The notes below the pieces were generated by a model, which saw only the letters and a list, made by a program, of their open reading frames with translations, did not search any database and had not been told where the DNA came from. A stretch of DNA of 64,000 nt from Schleiferiaceae bacterium. GTDB lineage: Bacteria; Bacteroidota; Bacteroidia; Flavobacteriales; Schleiferiaceae. This document shows, piece after piece, positions 23,275-33,760 of this stretch. The stretch lies in NCBI GenBank assembly GCA_030833905.1, contig JAURGG010000001.1:19411-83410 (forward strand), in the 5' to 3' direction. Position 1 is the stretch's first letter. The number at the start of each line of letters is the position of its first letter. Position numbers and translations under genes: made by a program.

Positions 23275-24593
23275 ATACTCCACGCTTCCTCACTGCAATA
23301 ATCCTCGCTACAGCCCTGAGCTTGAGTGCACAACAGCAGTCCGTCAGTCCTTATTCACTGTTCGGAACTGGCTGGTTCGCCGCCCAGGCCAATGCCTACC
23401 AGCAGCTTCTTGGTGGCGCGAGCGCTGCCGATCGCAACCCATGGTACGTGAATCCGGACCAGCCAGCGGCCCTTTCGGCATTGAAGTACACCACCTTGGA
23501 CCTTGGAGGTCAGTGGTCTGGAATTCGTCAATCCAACACGAGCGCCAGCGTGCTCAACCAGACTGGCGGATTTAATCACTTTGGCATCGGCGTGCCCCTC
23601 GGCAAAGGCATGGCCTTGGCCGGCTCACTTCGCCCCTACACCTCAGTGGGCTACGACCTGCAAACCGGCGGAACGGATTCTTCTTTTGGCGACTGGTATC
23701 GGCGGTACACTGGCCGAGGAGGCCTAAACGCCACTGCCGTTTCATGGTCGTGGATGCCCATCAAGTACCTTTCTGTGGGCGCTACCACTCGCTATGTATT
23801 CGGAACCGCCGAGCGCAGCAATAAACTCTACTTCACGGATGCGCGCTACGACTATGTGGGCGAAGTGGAGCACGTCTCGGTAAGCGACTGGCGCTGGCAG
23901 TTTGGAGGGCAACTTATTCTTCCGTTTGGCGAGCAAGAGCTCACCGCCGGAATTCAGTACGAACCGACGGCCACGCTTCAAGCAACGCAGGACTACAGTC
24001 TGTACAGTTTCAACACGAATGCTGCAGGCACTGAACTTCCCTTAGATACCGTGCAGTCTCGAGCCGCAACAATGGGCAACATCGTCCTTGGTTCACGCCT
24101 TGGCTACGGACTGCGCTGGGTGCGCAACCGCAAAAATGCCATGCTCCCCGCGTGGTCTCTTGCCGTGCACTACGAGCAAATCAATGTGAATGAACAGCGG
24201 GACTTTGGTTCCGTGGTGCCCGGAGCGTACGCGCAACCTACGTCAACGTGGGTCGCGAATGCCTCGGTGGTTCCGATGCTCGCGTTCTCGAACCGCCGTC
24301 TGACATCATACTGGAGCCAAATTCAGTACATCGCCGCGTTGCGTAGCGATCGTTTCGGTCTAGTGCTGAATGGCACTGAAGTCACGGGATGGAACGCCAA
24401 TCTAGGTGTTGCAATGCCTGTAGGAGGCCGAAGCTTTATTCCTGGCGATGTCAAAGTGTCAACACTCCACCTCGGACTGAGTACCGGACAAGTGGGTAGT
24501 ACTCAAAACGGACTCGTCCGTGAACAATATCTTCGCGCCTTCGTTGGCGTAACACTGAACGACCAGTGGTTTATGAAAGCTAAATTCCGTTGA
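23271..24593 (+). CDS. outer-membrane beta-barrel protein (uncharacterised, conserved coaX-lptC neighbourhood)
   Basis: 440 aa from the ATG at 23271 (ATGA overlap with the coaX stop). Signal peptide ...ALSLSAQQ, an SPYSLFGTG start, alternating beta-strand pattern and a C-terminal ...FMKAKFR aromatic end. Confidence 0.6.
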   Translation: MNTPRFLTAIILATALSLSAQQQSVSPYSLFGTGWFAAQANAYQQLLGGASAADRNPWYVNPDQPAALSALKYTTLDLGGQWSGIRQSNTSASVLNQTGGFNHFGIGVPLGKGMALAGSLRPYTSVGYDLQTGGTDSSFGDWYRRYTGRGGLNATAVSWSWMPIKYLSVGATTRYVFGTAERSNKLYFTDARYDYVGEVEHVSVSDWRWQFGGQLILPFGEQELTAGIQYEPTATLQATQDYSLYSFNTNAAGTELPLDTVQSRAATMGNIVLGSRLGYGLRWVRNRKNAMLPAWSLAVHYEQINVNEQRDFGSVVPGAYAQPTSTWVANASVVPMLAFSNRRLTSYWSQIQYIAALRSDRFGLVLNGTEVTGWNANLGVAMPVGGRSFIPGDVKVSTLHLGLSTGQVGSTQNGLVREQYLRAFVGVTLNDQWFMKAKFR

Positions 24594-24595
24594 TT

Positions 24596-26005
24596 ATGAA
24601 GCGTATACTCCTTTCTCTCTTTTTGGCCGGAGGCCTGACTGCTGCATTTGGCCAAGCCAAGTGGGGTAACTCTCAAACCGACTCACTTGTCTGTTTCGAG
24701 AAGTACAATGAATTTGGCTCACTCTACAATACTAAAGCCTACGCCGAAGCCTACGAACCTTGGAAGGTGGTATTTGAAACCTGTCCTACAGCTACGGATG
24801 TAGTGTACCGTTTTGCTCCAAAGATTATCGAGGCCAAGATCAAGGCAACCACCGATCCCGTAGCCAAAGAGGCACTCGTTCAGTTGCTCCTTTCGACCTA
24901 CGACAAGCGCAACGAGTACTTCCCTGGCAAAGAGGCAGAAGTTCTTGCTCAAAAAGCGGACGACTTCTGGACGTACTACCCCGACAGTGCCCAAAAGGCC
25001 TACGCGATGTACAAGACGGCGTTCAACCTCGACCCCAAGGCGCTACAACCAGCCTACCTGAACAACTACTTCAACGTAGTCATCAAGCTTTACAAGGACG
25101 AGGTGCTGAAGTCTGAGGGGCTCCTCGACGGATTCAACGACGTGGCTGAAGCAATCGAACTTCAGTCCAACGACCGCAACGTGCTTATTGCCGAGCTTAC
25201 GGCAAAGGATACCACTGGAGCTATTTCAGATCGTGAAAAGCGTTCGCTCGACATTAACAAAAAGCTACTTGCTCAGTCAGAGAAACTCGTGGCCAACATC
25301 GAGAAGGGCATTGCGCCGCTTCTTACGTGCGACCGGCTTACGTTGATTTACAGCGATTCGACCTTCGCCCTTCATGAGACCGATAAGTCATGGTTGATCC
25401 GCGCCGTGAAAATGCTTTCAAAAGAGCGTCAGGACACCTCAGGAACCACTGACTGTACCGACAACCCAGTGTACTTCAAGGCGGCTTCGGCACTCTATGC
25501 TCTTGAACCTTCGGCACAAGCTGCACGATCAATGGGCCAGCTGAGCGTGAAAAACGAAAAGTGGTCTGACGCCAAAAAGTACTTCGAAGACGCCATTCGC
25601 CAAGAAGTTGACCCCAAGAAGCGTGCGAAGGACTGGATGAAGATCGCCTACGTGAGCGACAAGCTTGGTCAGCCGTCTGAAGCGAAGCGCGCATGCCTCG
25701 AGTCGGCCAAACAGAACCCAGAGTCTGGTGAGCCGTTCTTGTACCTCGCCTCACTCTATGCTCAAGCTGCAGGAACGTGCGGTAGCAACGCATTCGAAAA
25801 GAACGCGGTCTACTGGGCTGCCATCAACATGGCGAACCGTGCAGGAGCGGTTCAGCCCGACCTCGCTCCGCGCGCCGAAAAGCTAGCTGCGGCCTTCCGC
25901 AAGGGGGTTCCCGACAAGTCGATTGCCTTCCAGTTCGGTTACAAAGACGGAGACAGCTACACCGTCGGATGTTGGATTAACGAGCGCGTGGTTGTCCGCT
26001 ACTAA
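24596..26005 (+). CDS. secreted all-alpha / TPR-like protein (hypothetical)
   Basis: 469 aa from the ATG at 24596, with signal peptide MKRILLSLFLAGGLTAAFGQA and helical-repeat composition. Conserved position upstream of lptC. Confidence 0.6.
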   Translation: MKRILLSLFLAGGLTAAFGQAKWGNSQTDSLVCFEKYNEFGSLYNTKAYAEAYEPWKVVFETCPTATDVVYRFAPKIIEAKIKATTDPVAKEALVQLLLSTYDKRNEYFPGKEAEVLAQKADDFWTYYPDSAQKAYAMYKTAFNLDPKALQPAYLNNYFNVVIKLYKDEVLKSEGLLDGFNDVAEAIELQSNDRNVLIAELTAKDTTGAISDREKRSLDINKKLLAQSEKLVANIEKGIAPLLTCDRLTLIYSDSTFALHETDKSWLIRAVKMLSKERQDTSGTTDCTDNPVYFKAASALYALEPSAQAARSMGQLSVKNEKWSDAKKYFEDAIRQEVDPKKRAKDWMKIAYVSDKLGQPSEAKRACLESAKQNPESGEPFLYLASLYAQAAGTCGSNAFEKNAVYWAAINMANRAGAVQPDLAPRAEKLAAAFRKGVPDKSIAFQFGYKDGDSYTVGCWINERVVVRY

Positions 26006-26534
26006 ATTCGGACTGATTCTGGCGATGGGCGTCGTGGTGGCTTCGTGCCGCAACGACGCCCATGACGTTCAGCGCGTCCGCGCACAACCACAGGGGCCGT
26101 CAACGGTTCAGTATGGGATTTCTGTAGTGTACGCGGACACGAGTGACGTGCAGTGGAAGCTCCAATCCGACCGTTGGGAAGAGGAGCGAACCGCCAACAA
26201 CCCTGTGCGCGAAGTGTTTAGCGGAAATGTTCGCGCCACCCAATGGGCCGGTAACCGTGCGACGGGAACGAAAATGAGCGCAGACCGAATCATCCGCGAC
26301 GTCAAAGAGCGCATTTGGGAACTTCAGGGCAATGTGGTGATTCAAACAAGCGAGCGCAAAACGCTGCGCACCCAATCTCTTTTTTGGAATCGCGAGGAGG
26401 GGCGTGTGTACGGCGAGTCTTGGGTTGAAATCCGCGAAGAAGGCCAAACGCTGAGCGGAATTGGATTCGAGGCCCAGGACGATCTATCTACCTATAGCAT
26501 TTTTGAGGTGTCCGGAAGCGCAGACGGTAATTAA
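25992..26534 (+). CDS. lptC: LPS export periplasmic protein LptC (start uncertain)
   Basis: OstA/LptC-like beta-jellyroll sequence (...TLRTQSLFWNREEGRVYGESWVEI..GQTLSGIGFEAQDDLSTYSIFEVSG). TTG at 25992 gives a plausible lipoprotein-type signal MSATKFGLILAMGVVVASC. ATG 26025 and the tracked 25923 are alternatives. Confidence 0.7.
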   Translation: MSATKFGLILAMGVVVASCRNDAHDVQRVRAQPQGPSTVQYGISVVYADTSDVQWKLQSDRWEEERTANNPVREVFSGNVRATQWAGNRATGTKMSADRIIRDVKERIWELQGNVVIQTSERKTLRTQSLFWNREEGRVYGESWVEIREEGQTLSGIGFEAQDDLSTYSIFEVSGSADGN

Positions 26535-26551
26535 TACGGTAATTTTGAAGC

Positions 26552-26752
26552 ATGAAGCCAGCTCGTAGCCTTAGAACCATGGAATGGATGTACTACGTGG
26601 TCGCCGTTCTTTCGGCGGAATCCGCGTGGTCCCTTCGCTCGAGCGACCCCACCCGTGCACTTTTGTTTGCCGGATTTGTGGTCCTCGCATTGGGAATGGC
26701 CTACTGGCGCCGCCGCCAGCGAATTCGCAGTAGCCAAGGCCCTCAGTCATGA
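26552..26752 (+). CDS. 66-aa two-TM membrane protein (hypothetical)
   Basis: Two hydrophobic segments and a basic tail (WRRRQRIR). ATGA stop/start overlap with the downstream CBS-domain gene suggests translational coupling. Confidence 0.4.
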   Translation: MKPARSLRTMEWMYYVVAVLSAESAWSLRSSDPTRALLFAGFVVLALGMAYWRRRQRIRSSQGPQS

Positions 26753-27984
26753 GTTCACTCGTGCTCTTGGTGGCGCTTGTCGCTTCGGCATTCTTTTCAG
26801 GGTCTGAAATTGCTTTTTTGTCGGCCAACCGACTGCAGCTTGAAATTGACTTGAAGCGCAGGTCAATACCGTTTTGGGTAACGCACTGGATGCAGCATCC
26901 ACAGCGATTTATCGTCACGATGCTCGTGGGAAACACGCTCGCATTGGTGGTAGTCGGAGCCCAGACTGCGCAGCTTCTTCACCCGTACTTACTAAAGTTT
27001 ATGCAGGTTCCGCTGGCAGTGCTCACGGAGACCCTCGTGTCCACCATCGGTGTGCTGTTCATGGCAGAGTACATTCCCAAGGCGCTCTTTCGCGAGCAGG
27101 CCAACGCAGCCTTGAAGTGGGTGGCGGTTCCGGCGGGTTTCTTTTTTGTGCTGTTCTGGCCAATTACATGGCTTTTGGGACAATTTAGCGCTTTGATTTT
27201 AAGGTGGTTGGGGGCAGACCCCCAATTGGCTCCGTCCGCCCGAGTATTTGGGCTTGCGGACCTCAATCATTTGGTTGACGAAGCCAGCCAGCAGCACACT
27301 CAAGAGCCTGAAGTCGAGCTGTTTCGCAACGCATTGGACTTCGCTGAAGTAAAAGTTCGGTCGTGTATGGTCCCGAGGCCAGAAATTGTCGCGGTTCCGC
27401 TGAGTATCAGCCTTGAAGACCTCAAGGCCACGTTTGTTTCAACGGGCTACAGTCGGTTAGTCGTTTACCGCGAAAGCTTGGATGACGCATTCGCATACGT
27501 GCACCAGTTTGAGCTGTTTAAGCAGCCAAAGAGCTTGCGCAGTGTCCTCACTCCGCTTTCGTTTGTGCCCGAGGCAATGAATGCCCAGGACGTCTTTCAC
27601 CAGCTCATTCGCGAGAAGCGCAGTATGACATTAGTTGTGGACGACTTGGGTGATTTGGTCGGAATCTTGACCCTTGAAGACATCATTGAAGAACTTTTTG
27701 GTGAAATTGACGACGAGCACGATCAAGATAGTTTAGTCGAACAGGTGCTTGGAGCAGACGAATACCGCCTCGACGCACGACTTGAAGTGGACTACCTCAA
27801 CGATGCCTATGGTTTTGAGTGGCCTGAATCCGAACGTTTTACTACCCTTGGCGGCTTAATTACCGACCTCGGAGGCAAGTTGCCCGAGCCTGGAGAAGTC
27901 GTGGTAGTTGGTCCGTGGCGCCTTGAGGTCGAGAGTATGGAAGCGCAGCGCGTCAAGCAGGTGCGCGTCCGACGCGATTCCTAA
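26749..27984 (+). CDS. hemolysin-family protein (DUF21, CBS pair, CorC/HlyC domain); GldE paralog
   Basis: 411 aa with the same architecture as the gene at 616-1917 (GSEIAFLS, CBS region, LTLEDIIEELFGEIDDEHD). Confidence 0.85.
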   Translation: MSSLVLLVALVASAFFSGSEIAFLSANRLQLEIDLKRRSIPFWVTHWMQHPQRFIVTMLVGNTLALVVVGAQTAQLLHPYLLKFMQVPLAVLTETLVSTIGVLFMAEYIPKALFREQANAALKWVAVPAGFFFVLFWPITWLLGQFSALILRWLGADPQLAPSARVFGLADLNHLVDEASQQHTQEPEVELFRNALDFAEVKVRSCMVPRPEIVAVPLSISLEDLKATFVSTGYSRLVVYRESLDDAFAYVHQFELFKQPKSLRSVLTPLSFVPEAMNAQDVFHQLIREKRSMTLVVDDLGDLVGILTLEDIIEELFGEIDDEHDQDSLVEQVLGADEYRLDARLEVDYLNDAYGFEWPESERFTTLGGLITDLGGKLPEPGEVVVVGPWRLEVESMEAQRVKQVRVRRDS

Positions 27985-28045
27985 TTAGAGCACGCGGCTA
28001 ACCGGTTGCTAATTTGTATATTCGCGACCTTATTTACACCTAGGT

Positions 28046-30118
28046 ATGGGACTTTTTGAAGCTATTCGCAGCCGTTCAGGCTTGGTCGTGTCAGTAATCG
28101 GTATCTCGCTGATTGCCTTTGTTTTGACGGACTTTTTAACCTCTGGAAACGTCCTTTTTCAAGGCGATAAAGACGCGGTTGGTCGCATTGACGGCACCAA
28201 GATTTCGTACATGGAGTTTAACAAAGATGTCGAAGAACTTCGTCAAAATCCGCAGTACGCTCAAGCTTCTCCGCTGCAAATCAGCGAATTAGTGTGGAAC
28301 AATCTGCTCAACGAAAAACTCTTGGTTGAGCCAATGGCAAACTTGGGCTTTGTCGTAACTGACGAAGAACTACGCCGTGTTATCGAACTGAATCCATCGG
28401 TTCAACAGATGCCAGGCCTACAGGATCCAAATACGGGTGCTTTTCGTCCGGACCTGTTGCGCAGTGCCCTTCAAAACTTGCGCGACCAGCGCGAGCAGTC
28501 ACCCGAAGCTGCCGCTCAGTACGAAAGCTGGGTGGCGTTTGAGAACGACATCAAGAACCAAAGCTTGAGCAATAAAATTTACGATGCAGTTTCAGCGGGA
28601 ATGCGCATGCCTCTTACCCTTCAAAATGCACTGAACGCGCGGAACAACCGCCAAATTCAGCTCGAGGTGGCTTCTATGTCGGTCTCTGAGGTTGCCGACA
28701 GCAGTGTTGAGGCAAGTGATGCGGACTACAAGGCAGTGTACGCAGAGTACAAGTCAAGCTTCAAACTCACTAAGCCAGTTCGTGACGGATTTGTGGCAGA
28801 CTTCCCCCTAGCTCCAAGTGATGAGGACCTTACCAAGGTGAAGCTCGAATTGAGCACATTGGCTGCGGATTTCGCATCTTCATCTGACGACAGTTCATTT
28901 GCAGCGGCCAATAGCGATGTCTTTGCTACTCCTAGTCTTCGTCCTGAATCTTCGATTAATCCAATCGTCCTTGAGGCCGTTCAGGGAATGCCTGCCGGTT
29001 TTGTAGGCGGACCCATTCAAGATGGAGATTCCTACCGCTTGGTGAAGGTGATGAGCCGTGCCGCTTTGCCTGACTCAGCCCGCGCTAAGCACATTCTTAT
29101 CGCGTACGCCGGATCAGAGCGTTCCAGCGCACAGCGTAGCTACCAAGAGGCTAAGGGGCTTGCAGACAGCTTGCTTGCTGCGATTAAGGGCGGAGCCTCT
29201 TTTGCCGCTGCCAGCGAGGCGCTTAGCAGTGACGTCGTGGCGGCCTCCAAAGGGGGAGACCTCGGTTGGTTCCAGCCAGGAATGATGACTCCAGCGTTCG
29301 AGCAGTTCTGCTTTGAGCGCCGTACCGGAAGCTTTGATATTGTCGAGACTGAGTTTGGATTCCACCTTGTAGAGGTTACGGGCCAAAAGGGTTCACGTCC
29401 TGCTTTGCGCTTGGCAGAAATTGTTCGTCGCATCGACGTAAGCCCCGAGACCGAGCAAAAGATCTACGCACAGGCTAGCGCTTTGGCCAAGGCCATCCAA
29501 GAGGGCAAAGAGCCACAAGATGCTGCGGCCCAGCTTGGCGTTGCAATGCTGCCCGCCCGCAATGTCACTGCAACGGACGCCTCAGTAATGGGTCTTACAG
29601 ACGGCCGCGAGGTAGTTCGTTGGATGTTCAATGAGGACCGCGAGGTCGGCGACGTGAGTGTCGTCAACAACAACTACAAGTCGTACTCAGTAGTGTACGT
29701 TTCTGGTGCGTTTGAAGAGGGCTACAAGCCTTTGGACGCTGTGAAGAACGATCTCCAAGCACTTGCCTTGAACCGAGCTAAGGTTCGTGTACTTGCAGAG
29801 CGCATGGCGAAGACCGAGCAGCTCAATTGGACTCCGGCAAACGTGACGCTTGCGTCTCCCTTCTTGGTGAGCGGTCGCGAACCTAAAGTTGTCGGAATGG
29901 CCGCTGGTAGCAAGGTGGGTACGCAATCTGAGGTGATTGAAGGTAGCAATGGTGTGTACCGCTTTAAGGTGGTGAACACCTTTGATTCAGCACCGAGCCT
30001 GACTGCAGCTGATATGGCTGCAGAAAACAACCGACTGGCGGGCAATGCCCAGCGCATGCTGCTTCAGTCGTTGTTGGGTTCCGCCAAGGTGACCGACAAC
30101 CGCGGGCTGTTCTACTAA
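28046..30118 (+). CDS. periplasmic peptidyl-prolyl isomerase, PpiD/SurA-like
   Basis: 690 aa with an N-terminal TM anchor, a SurA_N-like region and a parvulin domain (AKHILIAY...GGDLGWFQPGMMTPAFEQ..FGFHLVEV). Confidence 0.85.
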   Translation: MGLFEAIRSRSGLVVSVIGISLIAFVLTDFLTSGNVLFQGDKDAVGRIDGTKISYMEFNKDVEELRQNPQYAQASPLQISELVWNNLLNEKLLVEPMANLGFVVTDEELRRVIELNPSVQQMPGLQDPNTGAFRPDLLRSALQNLRDQREQSPEAAAQYESWVAFENDIKNQSLSNKIYDAVSAGMRMPLTLQNALNARNNRQIQLEVASMSVSEVADSSVEASDADYKAVYAEYKSSFKLTKPVRDGFVADFPLAPSDEDLTKVKLELSTLAADFASSSDDSSFAAANSDVFATPSLRPESSINPIVLEAVQGMPAGFVGGPIQDGDSYRLVKVMSRAALPDSARAKHILIAYAGSERSSAQRSYQEAKGLADSLLAAIKGGASFAAASEALSSDVVAASKGGDLGWFQPGMMTPAFEQFCFERRTGSFDIVETEFGFHLVEVTGQKGSRPALRLAEIVRRIDVSPETEQKIYAQASALAKAIQEGKEPQDAAAQLGVAMLPARNVTATDASVMGLTDGREVVRWMFNEDREVGDVSVVNNNYKSYSVVYVSGAFEEGYKPLDAVKNDLQALALNRAKVRVLAERMAKTEQLNWTPANVTLASPFLVSGREPKVVGMAAGSKVGTQSEVIEGSNGVYRFKVVNTFDSAPSLTAADMAAENNRLAGNAQRMLLQSLLGSAKVTDNRGLFY

Positions 30119-30132
30119 GCTGCTTTGAGCAC

Positions 30133-31419
30133 TTAGAGGCTCTCCCAGCGGTAGGCGTCCCAGCGCAAAAACACAAAGACCATTAGGCTAAATGCCCAAA
30201 GGGACGAGCCTCCGTAGCTAAAAAACGGGAGGGGAATTCCAATGACGGGCATCATGCCAAGCGTCATTCCTATGTTTACGGTGAAGTGGACAAAAAGAAT
30301 GCTGGCCACGGCAAGTCCGTAGTACATTCCAAAGGCATGCTTTTGACGTTGGGCTAAGAGCGTAATCCGTATGATGAGTCCGGCAAACGCGCCGAGTACA
30401 ATCAACGAACCGAGAAATCCCCATTCTTCACCTACCGTGCAAAAGATGTAATCGGTAGTTTGCTCGGGAACAAAACGCAATCGGGTTTGGGTTCCGTTCA
30501 TATAGCCTTTGCCGATGAGACCCCCCGAGCCAATAGCAATCAGTGATTGCGCCGTCTGGTAACCTGCGGCGCTAGGGTCGTCTACTTGGCCCAAAAGAAG
30601 CTTGATGCGGATTTGCTGGTGGGGCTTGAGGACCTGATCAAATACTTGCTGGACGGCTCCTGACCACAGTAAGGCACCAAGGCCCAACCATAGGGCAGGA
30701 TGCTTCACAAAACGAATAAAATTCAAGCGGGTCCGAATGCGAGTAATGGCCAAACTTAAGACTACTGTTCCGCCAATAATCCAATGCACTGTAGACGGTG
30801 TTAGAGCAAGTGAAAGGATCGAAAGGGCGGCAATGCCCAGGGCGCCAAACAGGTAAAACCCTGGCAGGCCTGCGAAGTAAAAAACGAGTAGAAACGAGGC
30901 AAAAACTAAGGCAGAACCGGCGTCAGGCTGTAAAAGGATGAGCAGCATCGGGAGTCCCACAACGGCCATAGGGAGCCATCGGGACCGCCACGACTTAAGA
31001 CCCTCGGGACTTCGCCCAAGAACACGTGCCAGCACGAGTGCTGTTCCCAGTTTGGCGAATTCCGAAGGTTGTAAGCCAAAGGATCCGAAGCTTAACCACG
31101 ACTTGTTTCCGCCGCGTTCGACTCCAACGGCAAGAACGGCGAGCAAAAGCACAATAGATAAGGCATATACAGCCCACGAAAGCACTTCAAACAGGCGCGC
31201 ATCCGAAAGTAGCACCAAGAGTACCAGAACCCCTGCTAGCCCGATAAAGCCCAACTGCTTTCCGGCCTCGTTGGACCAACTCCAAGCCCAAGTGTCGTCA
31301 ATTGGGCTGACCGTGGCAAAAATATTGACCCATCCGAATAGAACGAGAAAGATGACGAGACCCACGCTTAAGCGGTCAAGGCGACCCACAAGTGGAGCCG
31401 TAGTTGGTTGACGCTGCAT
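30133..31419 (-). CDS. rodA: rod shape-determining protein RodA (SEDS family)
   Basis: 428 aa, polytopic FtsW/RodA/SpoVE pattern (PSEFAKL, TDYIF, GIPLPFFSYGGSS). Sits downstream of mrdA with a 1-nt overlap. Confidence 0.92.
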   Translation of the reverse strand: MQRQPTTAPLVGRLDRLSVGLVIFLVLFGWVNIFATVSPIDDTWAWSWSNEAGKQLGFIGLAGVLVLLVLLSDARLFEVLSWAVYALSIVLLLAVLAVGVERGGNKSWLSFGSFGLQPSEFAKLGTALVLARVLGRSPEGLKSWRSRWLPMAVVGLPMLLILLQPDAGSALVFASFLLVFYFAGLPGFYLFGALGIAALSILSLALTPSTVHWIIGGTVVLSLAITRIRTRLNFIRFVKHPALWLGLGALLWSGAVQQVFDQVLKPHQQIRIKLLLGQVDDPSAAGYQTAQSLIAIGSGGLIGKGYMNGTQTRLRFVPEQTTDYIFCTVGEEWGFLGSLIVLGAFAGLIIRITLLAQRQKHAFGMYYGLAVASILFVHFTVNIGMTLGMMPVIGIPLPFFSYGGSSLWAFSLMVFVFLRWDAYRWESL

Positions 31420-33254
31420 CAGTAGGGGGGGAGTTCGGTTTCTACTTGGTTGACTCGGTATTCGCCAGTGAGGCTGCCTTCAACCATTCTGCGGTATAGA
31501 TCGGGGCGGGTAATAGTGTCGTTGAGGTAGGATTCCATTATCAAACTCGCAATCGGAGCAGCCCAGCGGGATCCCCAGTAGCCGTTTTCTACAATAATGG
31601 CGAGCGCGATTTGAGGCTTGTCCAATGGAGCGAATGCGGTAAAGATCGAGTGGTCTTGCCCGTGCGGATTTTGCGCGGTGCCTGTCTTTCCAGCCATAGG
31701 TAGGCCTTCGAGACGAGAAGCTCGTGCGGTTCCGGACTCAAAGACGTCATTCATACCTGCGATAATCACTTCAAAGTTCTGCGGATCAATAGTCGTCCGG
31801 TGAACTTCTGAAAATTCCACATTTGGATTCGCATTGCCGTCAATGCTGCGCACGAGGTGCGGGCGAATCCACCATCCGCGGTTGGCTACCGCAGCGGTCA
31901 TATTCGCAAGCTGAATGGGTGTGACTAGCAACTCACCCTGTCCAATCGCAAGTGAAATCACAGTCGGAGACTTCCAGCGGTCCGTGCGGTACACCTTGTT
32001 AAAGTACTCCCCCGTCGGTACAAATCCTTTGCGACCGGTAGGCAAATCGACACCCAAAAAGTCACCTAGTCCAAAGCTCTTGACGTGGTCACTCCACGCA
32101 TCAATCCCAAGACTTGCGGTGGGGTACTTGTCAAGAACTCGCTTAAAAATTTGGCAGTGGTAGTTGTTGCAACTCTTGGCAATAGACCCGCGAAGGTCAA
32201 GGGTTCCCGCCTTACAGTGGCAGCCCACGTGAAGTGAACCAAAATGGTAGCCGTCCACACAGGTGTACTGGGTTTCTTCTTGGACGACACCTTCTTGCAA
32301 CGCGATCAAAGCATTTAAGATCTTGAACGGAGAGCCTGGAGGGTACTCTGCCAAAATCGCGCGGTCGTACAGGGGTTTGTTCACGGAATCACGGTACAAA
32401 ATCGTGTAGTTACGCGAGCGGTAGCGTCCTACTAATGCGTTCGGGTCGTACGCAGGTGAGGATACGAGGGCTAAAATTTCTCCCGTTGAGGGTTCAATGG
32501 CGACAATACTGCCTCGCTTTCCCTGCATCAACTCTTCAGCTAAGGCTTGGAGTTCGGCGTCCAAGGTGAGCTGAAGTTCGGAGCCCATTGCGGGCTGTTC
32601 GTCGTAGCGACCTTCGGCAAACGGACCCACGTCCCGATTTCGATTATCTACGGTGATGTAGCGTTTCCCCGCCACGCCGCGAAGCTCAGTTTCATACGAA
32701 GCTTCAATACCCGAAATCCCGAGGTAGTCACCAAGGTCGTACTCGGGGTGGCGCGTCATAAGGTAGTCGTTGACTTCGCCCACATAACCCATTACGTTGC
32801 CTCCAATGGGCATAGGATACTTGCGAAAGCTGCGCTTGCGGAGTTGTACGCCCTCAAACATCGCAATCTGCTCTTGAATAGATGCGTAATCCTTGACCGT
32901 CAGTCCTCTAAGAATAGGGAAGGGGCGGTACCGGCCTTGAATTAAGGCTTTTTTAAGCTGCTTTCGAACGGAACCTAACGGTTCACCCAAGACACGAGCA
33001 AGTGCGGCAGTGTCGAGGTGGGACAGTCGGCTCGCGATGACTTCGACGTCGTACGCGATCTGGTTGGTAGCGAGCACCGTTCCGTTGCGGTCCCGCATGA
33101 GTCCGCGCGGAGCATAAATTTTTTCAATACGCTGCGCATTATTCGCCGCGTCAAGGGTGTAGCGGGTATCAATGAGCTGAATGTTGATGAGTCGGAGTAC
33201 AAAGAGTACCAAGACGGCAAGTACGCCGAGGGGTAAAATGCGGCTCCGGTTCAT
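31419..33254 (-). CDS. mrdA: penicillin-binding protein 2
   Basis: 611 aa from the ATG at 33254 (ATGA overlap with the mreD stop). TM anchor, PBP dimerisation domain and transpeptidase motifs (SPFK-like PGSPFK, SCN, KTGTA). The tracked N-terminal extension is rejected. Confidence 0.92.
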   Translation of the reverse strand: MNRSRILPLGVLAVLVLFVLRLINIQLIDTRYTLDAANNAQRIEKIYAPRGLMRDRNGTVLATNQIAYDVEVIASRLSHLDTAALARVLGEPLGSVRKQLKKALIQGRYRPFPILRGLTVKDYASIQEQIAMFEGVQLRKRSFRKYPMPIGGNVMGYVGEVNDYLMTRHPEYDLGDYLGISGIEASYETELRGVAGKRYITVDNRNRDVGPFAEGRYDEQPAMGSELQLTLDAELQALAEELMQGKRGSIVAIEPSTGEILALVSSPAYDPNALVGRYRSRNYTILYRDSVNKPLYDRAILAEYPPGSPFKILNALIALQEGVVQEETQYTCVDGYHFGSLHVGCHCKAGTLDLRGSIAKSCNNYHCQIFKRVLDKYPTASLGIDAWSDHVKSFGLGDFLGVDLPTGRKGFVPTGEYFNKVYRTDRWKSPTVISLAIGQGELLVTPIQLANMTAAVANRGWWIRPHLVRSIDGNANPNVEFSEVHRTTIDPQNFEVIIAGMNDVFESGTARASRLEGLPMAGKTGTAQNPHGQDHSIFTAFAPLDKPQIALAIIVENGYWGSRWAAPIASLIMESYLNDTITRPDLYRRMVEGSLTGEYRVNQVETELPPY

Positions 33255-33760
33255 CCTTGCTGCGATTTGGGTATGAACCACGCTACCGCAGTGGATAACG
33301 CCGCGCTTACCACCACGTTGAGTACACTTCGGCCTAGAACGAGGCTGAAAATATGGGTTCCGTGGCTTGCCCAGAGAAACAGCCAAAGGTGGTGAATTCC
33401 CAATGTCAGGAGCACCAAAGTTGTCCATTTGCCCAGTCCAATATCTTGGGGCACAAACGAGAGTTGCTCCTCGGCTGCGCGTGGAACAATTCCGTTAAGT
33501 ATCCAAGGGCGCACATAGGCAAGAAGCGAACTTGCCATCATGTGAAGACCGCCACTCCCTTCGTGAAGGTCTATGCCCAATCCAAGGGCTGCGCCTATGG
33601 CCAGAAGTCCAAGCCGGTTGAAGTTGGCTGGTGCCAGTACGAGCACGAGCGGATAGAGGTACGGGCTGAGGTAACCGCCTACTTCGATCTGGCTCAAGAG
33701 CAGGATTTGAGCGAGAAGCACCCAAAATGAAAAAACGATCCAAGGTCCAGGTCGGGTCAT
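33251..33760 (-). CDS. mreD: rod shape-determining protein MreD
   Basis: 169-aa polytopic membrane protein located between mreC and mrdA. Confidence 0.8.
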   Translation of the reverse strand: MTRPGPWIVFSFWVLLAQILLLSQIEVGGYLSPYLYPLVLVLAPANFNRLGLLAIGAALGLGIDLHEGSGGLHMMASSLLAYVRPWILNGIVPRAAEEQLSFVPQDIGLGKWTTLVLLTLGIHHLWLFLWASHGTHIFSLVLGRSVLNVVVSAALSTAVAWFIPKSQQG